A DNA stretch of 64,000 nucleotides from Parcubacteria bacterium RAAC4_OD1_1 (GTDB taxonomy: Bacteria > Patescibacteriota > Minisyncoccia > Phycocordibacterales > UBA9973). Below the pieces are notes generated by a model. The model did not search any database, was not told the origin of the DNA, and was given only the letters and a program-made list of their open reading frames with translations. Made by a program: the position numbers and the translations under genes. The stretch covers positions 132,247 to 196,246 of the forward strand of contig AWSN01000001.1 in the NCBI GenBank assembly GCA_000505065.1, given 5' to 3'. This document shows, one piece after another, positions 17,502 through 27,745 of this stretch; the first letter of the stretch is position 1; each line of letters opens with the position of its first letter.

Positions 17502-18182
17502 ATGCATAAAATTTCTGTAATTATACCTGCTCATAATGAAGAGGGGTATATAGGAAAAACTATTGAAGTATTAAATAAAAATAATGTTTCTTTTGAGCTG
17601 ATTGTTGTATGTGATTCTTGTAAAGACAATACAGGAGAAATTGCTAAGCAATATACCGATATGGTTTTTAATGTGGATTTTCAGACTGTTTCAAAAAATA
17701 GAAACTTTGGAGTCAGTAAATCCTCGGGAGATGTTTTGGTATTTTTAGATGCAGATACTATTGTTTCAGATAATTATTTGAGTGAGATTTCTAAAATGAT
17801 TGAAACTTACGATATGGGTTGTGCAAAATGGAAAAGTGAGAGCAATACAATATTAGGTAATTATATAGTGTGGCTTACAAATAGATATAATAGAAAAAAT
17901 ATTGGTGGTAATTTTTTTATAAAGAAAGATTTATTTAATAAACTTGGGGGATTTAATGAGAGTATGAAAAGAGGTGAGGACACAGACCTTGGGGAGAGGG
18001 CAAGAAAGATAGGAACTCATTATGTATTTATGGAGAATTGTTTTATAATTCCAAGTGAGAGGAGATATAGGGAGAATGGGTATTTAAAGATGATCATTAA
18101 ATCAGGGGTTTGGGGTTTCTTTTATAAAAATTTTAGAAATTATTATAATAAAAAGATAGGGAGTAAATTTTATGAGCAATAA
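17502..18182 (+). CDS. Family 2 glycosyltransferase
   Basis: ISVIIPAHNEE start, DxD-type motif (FLDADT), GT-A fold length. Confidence 0.7.
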   Translation: MHKISVIIPAHNEEGYIGKTIEVLNKNNVSFELIVVCDSCKDNTGEIAKQYTDMVFNVDFQTVSKNRNFGVSKSSGDVLVFLDADTIVSDNYLSEISKMIETYDMGCAKWKSESNTILGNYIVWLTNRYNRKNIGGNFFIKKDLFNKLGGFNESMKRGEDTDLGERARKIGTHYVFMENCFIIPSERRYRENGYLKMIIKSGVWGFFYKNFRNYYNKKIGSKFYEQ

Positions 18183-18789
18183 AAAACAAATTATATATGT
18201 TGGTGGGGGAAATGCTTTTGAAAAAAAAGAAGATTTTTATGAATATCTTAAAGAATATGAATTAGACCCTTATGATAAAAATAAAAGATGGACCAGAGAA
18301 TTGCCTGTTATTTTGGAAGATAAATTTGATTATTTTAAAATTGAAATGCCCTCAAAAGATGAGGCTGATTATATAGCTTGGAAAATTTGGTTTGAAAAAT
18401 ATTTGAAATTTTTAAATGACAAAGAAACAATTTTGATGGGATATTCGCAAGGTGGTACTTTTTTGTTAAAATACTTATCAGAAAATTTATTTCCAAAAAG
18501 AGTTAAGCAAATTCATTTAATTGCACCATTTGTTAAAGAAAACAATTTTGAAAAATATAAGTTAATGAATTTTAAATTTGATTTATCTAAAATTAATAGA
18601 ATTAATGAAATTTGTGATGATGTTCATATATGGTATTCATCGGATGATTTTCTTGTTTTACCAGATAATTCTGAAATTGTTATAAAAAACATACCAAAAA
18701 TCGTTATTCATAAATTTGATGACAGAAATCATTTTTTTCAAGAAGCTTTCCCAGAATTATTAGAAGTAATAAATAAGTCAATTTTATGA
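18172..18789 (+). CDS. Alpha/beta hydrolase fold protein (YdeN/RBBP9-like serine hydrolase)
   Basis: GYSQGG nucleophile elbow, D and H downstream; 4 nt overlaps both neighbours; TGA stop. Confidence 0.45.
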   Translation: MSNKKQIIYVGGGNAFEKKEDFYEYLKEYELDPYDKNKRWTRELPVILEDKFDYFKIEMPSKDEADYIAWKIWFEKYLKFLNDKETILMGYSQGGTFLLKYLSENLFPKRVKQIHLIAPFVKENNFEKYKLMNFKFDLSKINRINEICDDVHIWYSSDDFLVLPDNSEIVIKNIPKIVIHKFDDRNHFFQEAFPELLEVINKSIL

Positions 18790-19739
18790 TTAAGCCCATT
18801 TTAGTAACTGGTTATGTAAATCCTGACTTAGATGCTGTGGCTGGGTCTATGGCTTATTCGGAGTTTTTAATAAAAAAAGGTATTGAGTGCATTGTTGGTT
18901 TTTTGGGTGAACCTCATGAAGAAGCAAAATATATTTTAAATAGATTTAATATTAAATATCCAGAGCAAATCGAGAATGATGCTAATTTTGAAAAAGTAAT
19001 ATTAGTTGACGCAAGTGATTTAACTGGGTTGGAGAATAGAATTAATCCAGATAAGGTAATTGAGATAATAGACCATAGAAAGGTAAATGAAGCTGATAAA
19101 TTTACTAATGCAAAGGTTCAGATTGAATTAGTTGGCTCTGCTTGCACACTCGTTGCAGAAAAATTTATAGAAAATAAGGTAAATATTTCAAAAGATAGTG
19201 CTATTCTTTTATGTGGAGCTATAATATCTAATACCTTGAATTTTAAAAATAAAGGTGTTACTACGGAAAGAGATATAAAAGCTTTTAAATATTTAAATGA
19301 GATAGCTCTATTGCCTATAGATTTTAAAAAAGACCTTTTTGAATCAAAGTCCGACTTATCTGGAGATAAATTAAAAGAAAGAATTATGGGTGATTTAGCT
19401 TGGTTTAATTTAAGTGGTAAAAGAGTAAGTATTGCTCAATTAGAAATAGTAAATTCCAATAAGATAATTAGTAATAGAGTAGATGAAATTATTGATATAT
19501 TTAATGAAATAAAGAAAGATTTAAAACTTGATTATATATTTTTAAATTTAATAGAGTTAGAAGATGAAAAAAATTTCATCATAACAGATGATATTGAACT
19601 ACAGTCAATTTTGGAAAAAATTTTAAATATAAAATTTGAGTCTAATCTGGCTATAAGAAATGAATTAATAATGAGAAAGCAAATAGTCCCTTTATTTAAA
19701 GATGAATTAGAGAAAATTATAAATAAAGACATAAAATAA
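18786..19739 (+). CDS. DHH/DHHA2 phosphoesterase, family II inorganic pyrophosphatase (PpaC)-like paralog with altered metal ligands
   Basis: Collinear with PpaC: GYVNPDLDAVAGSMAY (vs GHQNPDTD), VILVDASD, IIDHRK (vs DHH), AIISNTLNFK (vs SDSLLF), C-terminal RKQIVPLF. Confidence 0.6.
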   Translation: MIKPILVTGYVNPDLDAVAGSMAYSEFLIKKGIECIVGFLGEPHEEAKYILNRFNIKYPEQIENDANFEKVILVDASDLTGLENRINPDKVIEIIDHRKVNEADKFTNAKVQIELVGSACTLVAEKFIENKVNISKDSAILLCGAIISNTLNFKNKGVTTERDIKAFKYLNEIALLPIDFKKDLFESKSDLSGDKLKERIMGDLAWFNLSGKRVSIAQLEIVNSNKIISNRVDEIIDIFNEIKKDLKLDYIFLNLIELEDEKNFIITDDIELQSILEKILNIKFESNLAIRNELIMRKQIVPLFKDELEKIINKDIK

Positions 19740-19743
19740 ACTT

Positions 19744-20190
19744 ATGAATACACATACTGATAGTTTAAAAACAATAAAATGTAGAGGAATTATTTTTAAT
19801 AATGATAAAATTCTTGTAGTGAAGCATAGTATAAATCATGATTTTTATGCTTTACCAGGTGGACATTTAGAGGGTCAAGAAGATGCAAAAGAATGTGTAG
19901 AAAGAGAAATTTTTGAGGAGTTTGGTATTAAACCAGAGGTTGGAAAGCTTTTGTATATAAATCAATATAAATATTTTGAGAATGATAATTTTCTAGAATT
20001 CTTTTTTGAAATAAAAAATAGTCAGGATTATTTAGATATAGGTAAATTAAAAGGTAGTCATTCTTATGAATTAGTAGATGTATTATGGGTTTCAAAAGAA
20101 GATGATATTAATATCTTGCCTAAAAAATTAAATGAAGATTTTAAAAATGGTTCGGTTTTACACGATGAAGTGATTTTTATAAAGGTTTAA
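19744..20190 (+). CDS. Nudix hydrolase
   Basis: Nudix box GGHLEGQEDAKECVEREIFEEFGI. Confidence 0.75.
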   Translation: MNTHTDSLKTIKCRGIIFNNDKILVVKHSINHDFYALPGGHLEGQEDAKECVEREIFEEFGIKPEVGKLLYINQYKYFENDNFLEFFFEIKNSQDYLDIGKLKGSHSYELVDVLWVSKEDDINILPKKLNEDFKNGSVLHDEVIFIKV

Positions 20191-20206
20191 TTAATAAAAA
20201 TATAAT

Positions 20207-20725
20207 ATGTCAATAAATAAAATTTGTGGGGGAGATAATTATACGTTTAATGATAAATCAATGACTATATCAATGCCAATTTCTGTCCCTCGATTTCCAG
20301 AAAAAATAATTTTCAATGATTATGATTTATCTTTAAAAATGACTTTCCATGTAACTCTCGTTCCCATTGGTGAATTAATAAAGAAACATAAGATTGAAAT
20401 TCCTAATTTTAATGATTTAATCTTAGAAGATTTTTGTAGTTTTGTTAATTCAAATAAAATTGAATTAATTAAATACAGAAATGAGTTTCGTTTTGTTGAA
20501 GAGAATGATCTAAGATCAGTAGTCATTATGTGTGATGTAACTAATTTAGATATTTTTTTCAAATTAATAAATGAAAAATATAATTTAAATTTAGAAACTT
20601 CACCAACTCACGTCACTTTATATATACTACCTGATAAGGGTGGAATATTTATACTTGATTCAGAAGATTTAAAAAATAAAACAGAATTAATAGAAATACC
20701 AGAATTAAGTAATTATTTAAAATAA
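20207..20725 (+). CDS. 2H phosphoesterase superfamily protein (LigT/ThpR-like)
   Basis: Two H-x-T-x motifs (FHVTLV and THVTLY) about 90 residues apart. Confidence 0.55.
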   Translation: MSINKICGGDNYTFNDKSMTISMPISVPRFPEKIIFNDYDLSLKMTFHVTLVPIGELIKKHKIEIPNFNDLILEDFCSFVNSNKIELIKYRNEFRFVEENDLRSVVIMCDVTNLDIFFKLINEKYNLNLETSPTHVTLYILPDKGGIFILDSEDLKNKTELIEIPELSNYLK

Positions 20726-20726
20726 T

Positions 20727-21509
20727 ATGGAAAAATTTGAGATAAAAAACAGAAAAGGATTGAAGATTGTTGGAAATATTTTAAAACCCAATAATCCAAT
20801 TGGATTATCTTTTGTAATGCATGGATTAGGTGGATACAAAGAAGAACATCACATAGATTTAATGGCTAATACTTTATTTGAAAACAATTATACTGTTATA
20901 AATTTTGATGCAACAAATTCTAGGGGGGAAAGTGAGGGGAAATACGAAGATGCAACAATGCAAATACATTATGAAGATTTAGTTGATGTTATAAATTGGG
21001 TAAAGACACAAACTTGGTATAAAGAACCGTTTATTTTAGCTGGTCATAGTATGGGTGGATATGCTGTCGCAAGATATGCAGAAGAATTCCCTCTAGAAGT
21101 AAAGGGCGTATTCCCGTTTGGTGCAGTTTTTTCTGGTAAAGATTGTTTTGAAACATATAAAAAACTAAGAACAGAAGAACTTAATGATTGGAAAGAAACG
21201 GGTTGGACTTATAGAACTAGTAAATCAAAACCAGAATTTGAGATGAAGCTTCCTTGGTCTCATATGGAAGAAAGATTAAAACATGATTTAAAACCAATGG
21301 TAGATAAAATCATTATGCCTATATTATTTGTTGCAGGAGAAAATGATACAAGTTGTCCCCCTGAAGATCAAAAAAAGTTTTATGATTTATTATCAGAAAA
21401 AACAAAAAAAGAATTTCATATTGTAAAAGGGGTTGGGCATGTATTTCGTGAATCAGAGCATTTAAATCAATTAAAAGAAATATTTAATAATTGGTTAAAT
21501 AGTTTATAA
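20727..21509 (+). CDS. Alpha/beta hydrolase
   Basis: GHSMGG nucleophile motif, HG oxyanion region, C-terminal GVGH. Confidence 0.6.
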   Translation: MEKFEIKNRKGLKIVGNILKPNNPIGLSFVMHGLGGYKEEHHIDLMANTLFENNYTVINFDATNSRGESEGKYEDATMQIHYEDLVDVINWVKTQTWYKEPFILAGHSMGGYAVARYAEEFPLEVKGVFPFGAVFSGKDCFETYKKLRTEELNDWKETGWTYRTSKSKPEFEMKLPWSHMEERLKHDLKPMVDKIIMPILFVAGENDTSCPPEDQKKFYDLLSEKTKKEFHIVKGVGHVFRESEHLNQLKEIFNNWLNSL

Positions 21510-21516
21510 TAAATTT

Positions 21517-22848
21517 ATGAATTTAGAATTATCAAAAATAAATAACGTTCACTTTATTGGTATTGGGGGTATCGGTATTTCGGCTGTGGCGAGAATGATG
21601 AAAGTAATGGGAAAGAATGTCACAGGGCAAGATATGCAAGATGGGGAGATTGTTAAGGAGTTAAAAAAGTTGAATATTGAAATAAACATCGGCCATCAAT
21701 CATATGAGAATATATCGGATGATACAGAGCTTGTTATTTATACTGTGGCAATTGAGACTTATGATAAAGAACTTTTTGAGAAATTAAAATCGCAAGATAA
21801 GTTTATTATTAAATCATATCCAGAAATGCTCGGAGTTATAAGTGAAGATAAATATACCATTGCTGTTTGTGGGACTCACGGCAAGACGACGACGACAGGA
21901 ATGCTCAAAGAGATATTTGTAGATAATGGGAGTGATCCAACAGTTATAGTGGGGAGTTTACTTAAAGATAAAGATGGATCTCGGACCAATTTTATTCATG
22001 GTACGGGCTCTCATTTTATAGTGGAAGCTTGCGAATATAGAAGGTCATTTTTAAATATCAATCCAGACATTGTAGTTATTACAAACATAGACAATGATCA
22101 TTTGGATTATTATAAAGATATAGAAGATATAAAAAGTGCTTTTCGTGCCTTTGTAGAAAAATTACCTGAAGATGGATATGTAGTTTGTAATATAGATGAT
22201 GAAAATATAAAGGATGTAGTAAATGGAATAAAAGCAAAGGTAATAAACTGGGGTGAGTATTTTGATGGAGAATTAAAACTTAAAATTCCAGGGATACATA
22301 ATAAGAAAAATGCGGCCGCTGCCACGGCTGTCGCCCTCACTTGTGGTATCTCAAAAGAAAAATCCCAGGAATATGTAAAAAATTTCCCTGGTACATGGAA
22401 GCGTTTTGAATTTAAGGGCAAGCTTCCAAATGGAGTGTTGGTCTATGATGACTATGCTCATCATCCTACAGAAATTACTTCAACCTTAGAGGGTTTTAGA
22501 GAAATTTATCCTAAAAGTAAAGGTTGGAATATCACAGTAATATTCCAACCACATCTTTTCTCTCGGACCAAGCTACTTCTTAATGATTTTGCACAGAGCT
22601 TTTATGATGCTGATCAAGTAATAATATTGCCTATATATTATGCTCGTGAAGTTGATGATGGTAGTATCTCATCTTTAATTTTATCAGACGAAATAAACAA
22701 ATTTACCCATAATTCTAAAGTCTTCCTTGATTTTAAATCATCCGAAAATTACTTGGGAGCTGAGCTCCCAAGTATGGGGGAGAAAAATATTATAGTTACA
22801 ATGGGGGCTGGGGAAGCCTCTAAAATAGGAGATATTATACTTAAATAG
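21517..22848 (+). CDS. murC: UDP-N-acetylmuramate:L-alanine ligase MurC
   Basis: HFIGIGGIGISAVA N-terminus, VCGTHGKTTTT P-loop, HNKKNAAAATAVAL region. Confidence 0.85.
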   Translation: MNLELSKINNVHFIGIGGIGISAVARMMKVMGKNVTGQDMQDGEIVKELKKLNIEINIGHQSYENISDDTELVIYTVAIETYDKELFEKLKSQDKFIIKSYPEMLGVISEDKYTIAVCGTHGKTTTTGMLKEIFVDNGSDPTVIVGSLLKDKDGSRTNFIHGTGSHFIVEACEYRRSFLNINPDIVVITNIDNDHLDYYKDIEDIKSAFRAFVEKLPEDGYVVCNIDDENIKDVVNGIKAKVINWGEYFDGELKLKIPGIHNKKNAAAATAVALTCGISKEKSQEYVKNFPGTWKRFEFKGKLPNGVLVYDDYAHHPTEITSTLEGFREIYPKSKGWNITVIFQPHLFSRTKLLLNDFAQSFYDADQVIILPIYYAREVDDGSISSLILSDEINKFTHNSKVFLDFKSSENYLGAELPSMGEKNIIVTMGAGEASKIGDIILK

Positions 22849-22870
22849 TTTATGGTATAATAAAAATAGT

Positions 22871-23665
22871 ATGAAGAATTTTTTTATTTATTTTATAATT
22901 ATCTCATCAATTTTTACTTCCAATTTAGCATTTGGAGCTGTTAATGAAAGTACAGGTCTTATTACAAAATCAGTTTGGTTTTCGAATGAATCTTTTAAAG
23001 ATGGAGATGATATAAAGATTTATACAGCTATATGGAATGGTGAAAGCTCAAAAATATTTGTTAAAGTAGAATTCTATGATAAGAGTGTAGTTTTAGGTAA
23101 TAGAGAAATAGAAGTACTTCCAGAGGAAATAAAAGAAGTTTCTATTCCTTTTAATGTTAAAAATGGGGATCATAGTATATATGCTAAAATTGTTTCATCT
23201 CAAATATTAAATTCAAAAGGAATTAAAGAAAAAATATCTTTGCCAATATCTAAAACAGAATGGAATAATATTACTGTCTCTTTTGGAGTGGAAGATGAAG
23301 CCACGGGGGAGGTAAAAACAAGTCAAGATTTTATTAAAGATGAATTATACAAAGCAAATAAAAGTTTTATTAATATTATTCCTGAGTCTATTCGTACTCC
23401 TATTTCAAATTCATTAAATAATATAGAGAATATTAGAAAAGAAAAATTAGAAGAAGTTTCTATTTCGAAGGAAAAAGCCAAAGAGAATGTTTTAAAATTG
23501 GAAAATAGTGAAATAGGTGAGGGAACAGAGAAACCCATAGCATTACTTCGTCACATTTTTCTATCCGCATTAGAGTTTATTTTAAATAATAAAATTATAT
23601 TTTATGGACTCATAATCTTTATAGTTTTTTATCTAATAAGGTTAATTTTTAAGAAAATATTGTAA
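22871..23665 (+). CDS. Hypothetical secreted protein with C-terminal TM anchor
   Basis: Signal peptide-like N-terminus, hydrophobic C-terminus. Confidence 0.35.
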   Translation: MKNFFIYFIIISSIFTSNLAFGAVNESTGLITKSVWFSNESFKDGDDIKIYTAIWNGESSKIFVKVEFYDKSVVLGNREIEVLPEEIKEVSIPFNVKNGDHSIYAKIVSSQILNSKGIKEKISLPISKTEWNNITVSFGVEDEATGEVKTSQDFIKDELYKANKSFINIIPESIRTPISNSLNNIENIRKEKLEEVSISKEKAKENVLKLENSEIGEGTEKPIALLRHIFLSALEFILNNKIIFYGLIIFIVFYLIRLIFKKIL

Positions 23666-23713
23666 TAAAATAAATATTTGTCAAATAAAGACTTTATAAG
23701 ATATAATTAATTT

Positions 23714-23980
23714 ATGGTTAATAGAGTAGTTTTTGATATGGTTTTTTTTATATCGATTTTCATTTTACCTTGGTGGATTACTTTACCTATTGCTATTTTA
23801 GGTTTATTTATATTTAATAACTTTTATGAGTTTGTAATATATGGGATGATAACATTTAGTATATATTCTTATGAAGGTGATAGGATGATTACTTCTAAAA
23901 TTTTGTTTCCGATTATTATTTTATTGTGTTATTTTATTATTCAAACCCTAAAACATTATATTATTTTATATAGAAAATAA
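23714..23980 (+). CDS. Small multi-TM protein just upstream of PBP2 (MreD-like position)
   Basis: Three hydrophobic segments; position only. Confidence 0.3.
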   Translation: MVNRVVFDMVFFISIFILPWWITLPIAILGLFIFNNFYEFVIYGMITFSIYSYEGDRMITSKILFPIIILLCYFIIQTLKHYIILYRK

Positions 23981-23982
23981 TT

Positions 23983-25680
23983 ATGATATTTAAAAGAAAA
24001 AAAAGAAGAATTAAAAGTGAGATTGATCCAGATGAGATTTTTCTTGATTCAAAAAATTTACCGAATTTCAATACTCAGCAATTTGAAGGTAGATTAGAAA
24101 AGCCAATACCCAAGAGAACTATATCTATTTTAAGTATTATTTTTATATTTTTCTTTTTGATTTTCGTGGGTAAATTAGGATATTTACAGATAGTTAAAGG
24201 TGAGGCATATCTTTCAAAAAGCGAAAACAATACCTTAAGAAATGAGCCGATTATTGCATCACGTGGACTTTTATATGATAGGAATAATGTACTTCTTGCT
24301 TGGAATTCTTGGCATGAAGAAGATGTAGAAAAACTTTCTATTCCAGAAAGAATTTATACAGATAAAGGAGGTTTTAGTTTGCTTTTGGGTTATACTAGTG
24401 GTCCAGCAAAAGATAAAGATGGGCATTTTTGGCAAGATACTTTTATTGGTAAGGATGGGATAGAAGAATATTACGATGATGTTTTAAAGGGTGAAAATGG
24501 AGTTCGAATTACAGAAACAAATGTGAAAGGAGAAATTCAATCAGAAAATATTATTAATCCACCGAAAGATGGTAAAGATTTGAGATTATCCATCGATTCA
24601 AGAATTCAAGAAAAACTTTATCAATCTATTTCTTTAATGGCAGAAAATGCTCATTTTATAGGTGGGGCAGGAGTAATAATGGATATTAAAACTGGTGAAG
24701 TGATAGCGATGACAAGCTATCCAGAATATGATAGTACTATTATATCAGATGGTAATGATGTAAAAATTATTAGTAATTATTTTGTGGACAAAAGAAAAGT
24801 TTTTTTGAATAGAGCTATTTCTGGACTTTATGCACCAGGGTCTATTGTAAAGCCATTTTTTGCATATGGCGCATTGAGTGAAAATATAATAAATCCACTC
24901 AAACTTATTCTTTCTAATGGTTCTATTTCTATTCCAAATCCATATTTCCCCGGACAATTTTCAGTATTTAAAGATCATGATTCATTTGGTTATGTAGATA
25001 TGAGAAAGGCTATTGCTGTCTCATCCGATGTTTATTTTTATGTCATTGGTGGAGGTTTTCAAGATCAAAAAGGTATGGGAATTGTAAATATTGATAAGTA
25101 TGCCCAACTTTTTGGTATTTCTAGTAAGACTGGAGTAGATCTTTTGGGTGAAAAAGGTGGAACTATACCAACTCCGGAATGGAAATCCAAAACTTTTAAA
25201 GGTGAAATGTGGCGAGTGGGAGATACTTACAATACTTCGATTGGTCAGTATGGATTTCAAGTCACTCCACTTTCTATGGCGAGAGCTGTTGCTGGTATCG
25301 CAAATTATGGAGAAATACCCACCCCACATCTTTTATTAAATGATAATAAATTTAATAATCAAAAAACTATTTTAGATATTGATAAAGATAAAATGAAGGT
25401 TGTTCACGAAGGTATGAGAATGGCAGTCACTGAAGGGACTGCGACAGCTCTTAATATTCCCACTTTGGAAGTTGCAGCAAAAACAGGAACAGCCCAGGTA
25501 GGCTTGGGTAATACAAATACTAATTCGTGGGTTGTTGGATTTTTCCCTTACGATAATCCAAGATACTCTTTTGCTGTGATGATGGAGCGTGGACCCAAAG
25601 AAGCTTCTGGAAATGCAACTCGTGTTATGAGAGAAGTTGTTGAATATATAAGTATTTATCTAAAGGAATACATAGACTGA
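23983..25680 (+). CDS. Penicillin-binding protein 2-type peptidoglycan transpeptidase
   Basis: N-terminal TM, SxxK (GSIVKP), SxN (SSDVYF), KTGT motifs. Confidence 0.75.
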   Translation: MIFKRKKRRIKSEIDPDEIFLDSKNLPNFNTQQFEGRLEKPIPKRTISILSIIFIFFFLIFVGKLGYLQIVKGEAYLSKSENNTLRNEPIIASRGLLYDRNNVLLAWNSWHEEDVEKLSIPERIYTDKGGFSLLLGYTSGPAKDKDGHFWQDTFIGKDGIEEYYDDVLKGENGVRITETNVKGEIQSENIINPPKDGKDLRLSIDSRIQEKLYQSISLMAENAHFIGGAGVIMDIKTGEVIAMTSYPEYDSTIISDGNDVKIISNYFVDKRKVFLNRAISGLYAPGSIVKPFFAYGALSENIINPLKLILSNGSISIPNPYFPGQFSVFKDHDSFGYVDMRKAIAVSSDVYFYVIGGGFQDQKGMGIVNIDKYAQLFGISSKTGVDLLGEKGGTIPTPEWKSKTFKGEMWRVGDTYNTSIGQYGFQVTPLSMARAVAGIANYGEIPTPHLLLNDNKFNNQKTILDIDKDKMKVVHEGMRMAVTEGTATALNIPTLEVAAKTGTAQVGLGNTNTNSWVVGFFPYDNPRYSFAVMMERGPKEASGNATRVMREVVEYISIYLKEYID

Positions 25681-25721
25681 GCATTGACTTTTAAGCTTAA
25701 ATAAGTTAAAATTGTAAAATT

Positions 25722-26186
25722 ATGGATGAAAAAAATTACATAACAGAAGAGAAAAAACAAGATTTAATAAAAGAATTAGATTATCTAAAGAATACTAAAA
25801 GAAAGGAAATTCAGGAGGCTTTACAAGCGGCTAAGGCACTTGGAGATCTTTCTGAAAATGCTGAATATCATCAAGCAAGAGAAGATCAAGGAAAAACAGA
25901 AGATCGTATAAATCAAATCGATCATATGCTTAAATCTGCTATTGTGGTTAAGAAGCATTCAAGTAATAAGGTTGAAATTGGGACAACTGTGCACATAAAA
26001 AAGGAAAGTTCAAAAGATGTCATTGTTTATAGTATAGTTGGAGCTGAAGAAGCAGATATGGCAAGTAATAAAATTTCAAACAAATCACCACTTGGAGAAG
26101 CATTGTTTGGAAAATCAAAAGGGGATACTTTTTCTATCTCCACACCTAAAGGACTAGTCAAATACACCCTAATTGATATACAATAG
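25722..26186 (+). CDS. greA: Transcription elongation factor GreA
   Basis: GDLSENAEYHQARE acidic finger tip, FKBP-like C-terminal domain. Confidence 0.85.
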   Translation: MDEKNYITEEKKQDLIKELDYLKNTKRKEIQEALQAAKALGDLSENAEYHQAREDQGKTEDRINQIDHMLKSAIVVKKHSSNKVEIGTTVHIKKESSKDVIVYSIVGAEEADMASNKISNKSPLGEALFGKSKGDTFSISTPKGLVKYTLIDIQ

Positions 26187-27672
26187 GGCTATGGCATCTA
26201 TTATAGAATTACGCGATACGCGTTTACAAAAAATTAATAAACTTAAAGAGGTAGGGATGGATCCGTATCCTACATCTATTTCTCGTGATTACTCTTTTAA
26301 GGAATTAAAAAATTCATTTGAAGAATTATCAAAATCAGAAAAGAATATTTCTATTGCAGGTAGAGTAATGATAATTCGTGGACAAGGGGCTATCCTTTTT
26401 GTCGTCTTACAAGATGAAGGGGAAAGATTCCAGGCTGTACTTAAAAAAGATGAACTTAAAGAAGAGATTTTTAATCTATTTGTTAATACAGTTGATAATG
26501 GAGATTTTTTATCTATCTCAGGTACACTTTTTGTTACACAAAGAGGAGAACAGAGTATCCTTATAAAAGATTGGCAGATGGCTTCTAAAGCACTTCTTCC
26601 TCTTCCTGATAAATGGCATGGACTTCAAGATGTTGAAGAGACTTATAGGAAAAGATATTTAGATATGATAATGGATAAGGAAGTTTATGATAGATTTATA
26701 ATCCGCAACAGGATAGTTAAATATATTCGTGAATTTTTTGACAAGAAAGATTTTATCGAAGTTGAAACTCCAATACTTCAAACACAAGCAGGGGGTGCAA
26801 TGGCTAGGACTTTTGATACACACCATAATGATTATGATATGGATATGGTCCTTCGTATTTCTCTTGAAATTGAGCACAAAATGATAATGGCTGGTGGGTA
26901 TAATAAAGTTTACGAAATAGGTAAAACTTTTAGAAATGAAGGTTCTGATCCTACTCATATGCAAGAATTTAGTTTACTAGAGTGGTATGCAGCTTATGAG
27001 ACACTAGAAACAAATATGTCTTGGACTGAAGAACTCATTAAATCTATTGCTAAAGATATAATGAATAAAAATAATTTTATTGTTTATGATAATTTTGGTA
27101 ATGGAGTAGAAGTAGATATTGTTTCTCCTTGGGTTCGTGTTTCATTTAGAGAACTTTTAAAAAAAGATGCAAATATTGATATACAAAGTATTACTCTAGA
27201 AGAAGCAAGAGTTCAGGCTCTTAAATGGGGAGTAAAAGAAGAAGAAGTTAAAAAACTTGGCCTTGGTAATCTTTTAGATAAGATTTATAAAAAATCTTCT
27301 AGGGATAAAATCATTAATCCAACTTTTGTGATTGATTTTCCGGGAGATTTAAAACCTCTTGCTCAACAAAACGAAGATGGTACTGCAAAGGTTGCCCAGC
27401 TCATAATTGCTGGTGCAGAGATTACAAATCAATATGCAGAGCTAGTAGATCCAGTAAAGCAGAGAATACTTCTCGAAGATCAATCAAAAGCAAAAACAGC
27501 TGGTGACGATGAGGCTATGGATGTTGATGAGAGATTTCTAACTTCTATGGAGCATGGCATGCCACCAATGACAGGATTTGGAATGGGGATAGACAGATTA
27601 GTGGCAATTTTTACAGAACAAAAAAATCTTCGAGATACAATCTTTTTCCCACTAATGAAGCCGAGAGAATAA
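26173..27672 (+). CDS. lysS: Lysyl-tRNA synthetase, class II
   Basis: OB anticodon-binding N-domain, class II motifs (FRNEG; GFGMGIDRL). Confidence 0.85.
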   Translation: MIYNRAMASIIELRDTRLQKINKLKEVGMDPYPTSISRDYSFKELKNSFEELSKSEKNISIAGRVMIIRGQGAILFVVLQDEGERFQAVLKKDELKEEIFNLFVNTVDNGDFLSISGTLFVTQRGEQSILIKDWQMASKALLPLPDKWHGLQDVEETYRKRYLDMIMDKEVYDRFIIRNRIVKYIREFFDKKDFIEVETPILQTQAGGAMARTFDTHHNDYDMDMVLRISLEIEHKMIMAGGYNKVYEIGKTFRNEGSDPTHMQEFSLLEWYAAYETLETNMSWTEELIKSIAKDIMNKNNFIVYDNFGNGVEVDIVSPWVRVSFRELLKKDANIDIQSITLEEARVQALKWGVKEEEVKKLGLGNLLDKIYKKSSRDKIINPTFVIDFPGDLKPLAQQNEDGTAKVAQLIIAGAEITNQYAELVDPVKQRILLEDQSKAKTAGDDEAMDVDERFLTSMEHGMPPMTGFGMGIDRLVAIFTEQKNLRDTIFFPLMKPRE

Positions 27673-27701
27673 GTAGAAAGTAGAAAGGGAATACAAAAAA
27701 G

Positions 27702-27745
27702 AAACGGGCGAATCACTAAGGTGATCCGTCCGTTTTTTTGTTTTC
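27702..27745. terminator. Rho-independent terminator after lysS (aacgggcgaatcac-taag-gtgatccgtccgtt + T7)
   Basis: Near-perfect 13-14 bp stem followed by T-run. Confidence 0.55.

Noticed and set aside
18787-18789. Alternative genetic code (UGA sense, as in Gracilibacteria/Absconditabacteria)
   Set aside because: TGA terminates at least two well-supported genes (18787-18789; 25678-25680), each with a correctly placed downstream start.
22300-22340. GC-rich stretch in murC as another inserted palindrome
   Set aside because: Encodes the conserved HNxxNAAAA...A MurC segment. The GC comes from Ala codons, and it is not self-complementary.
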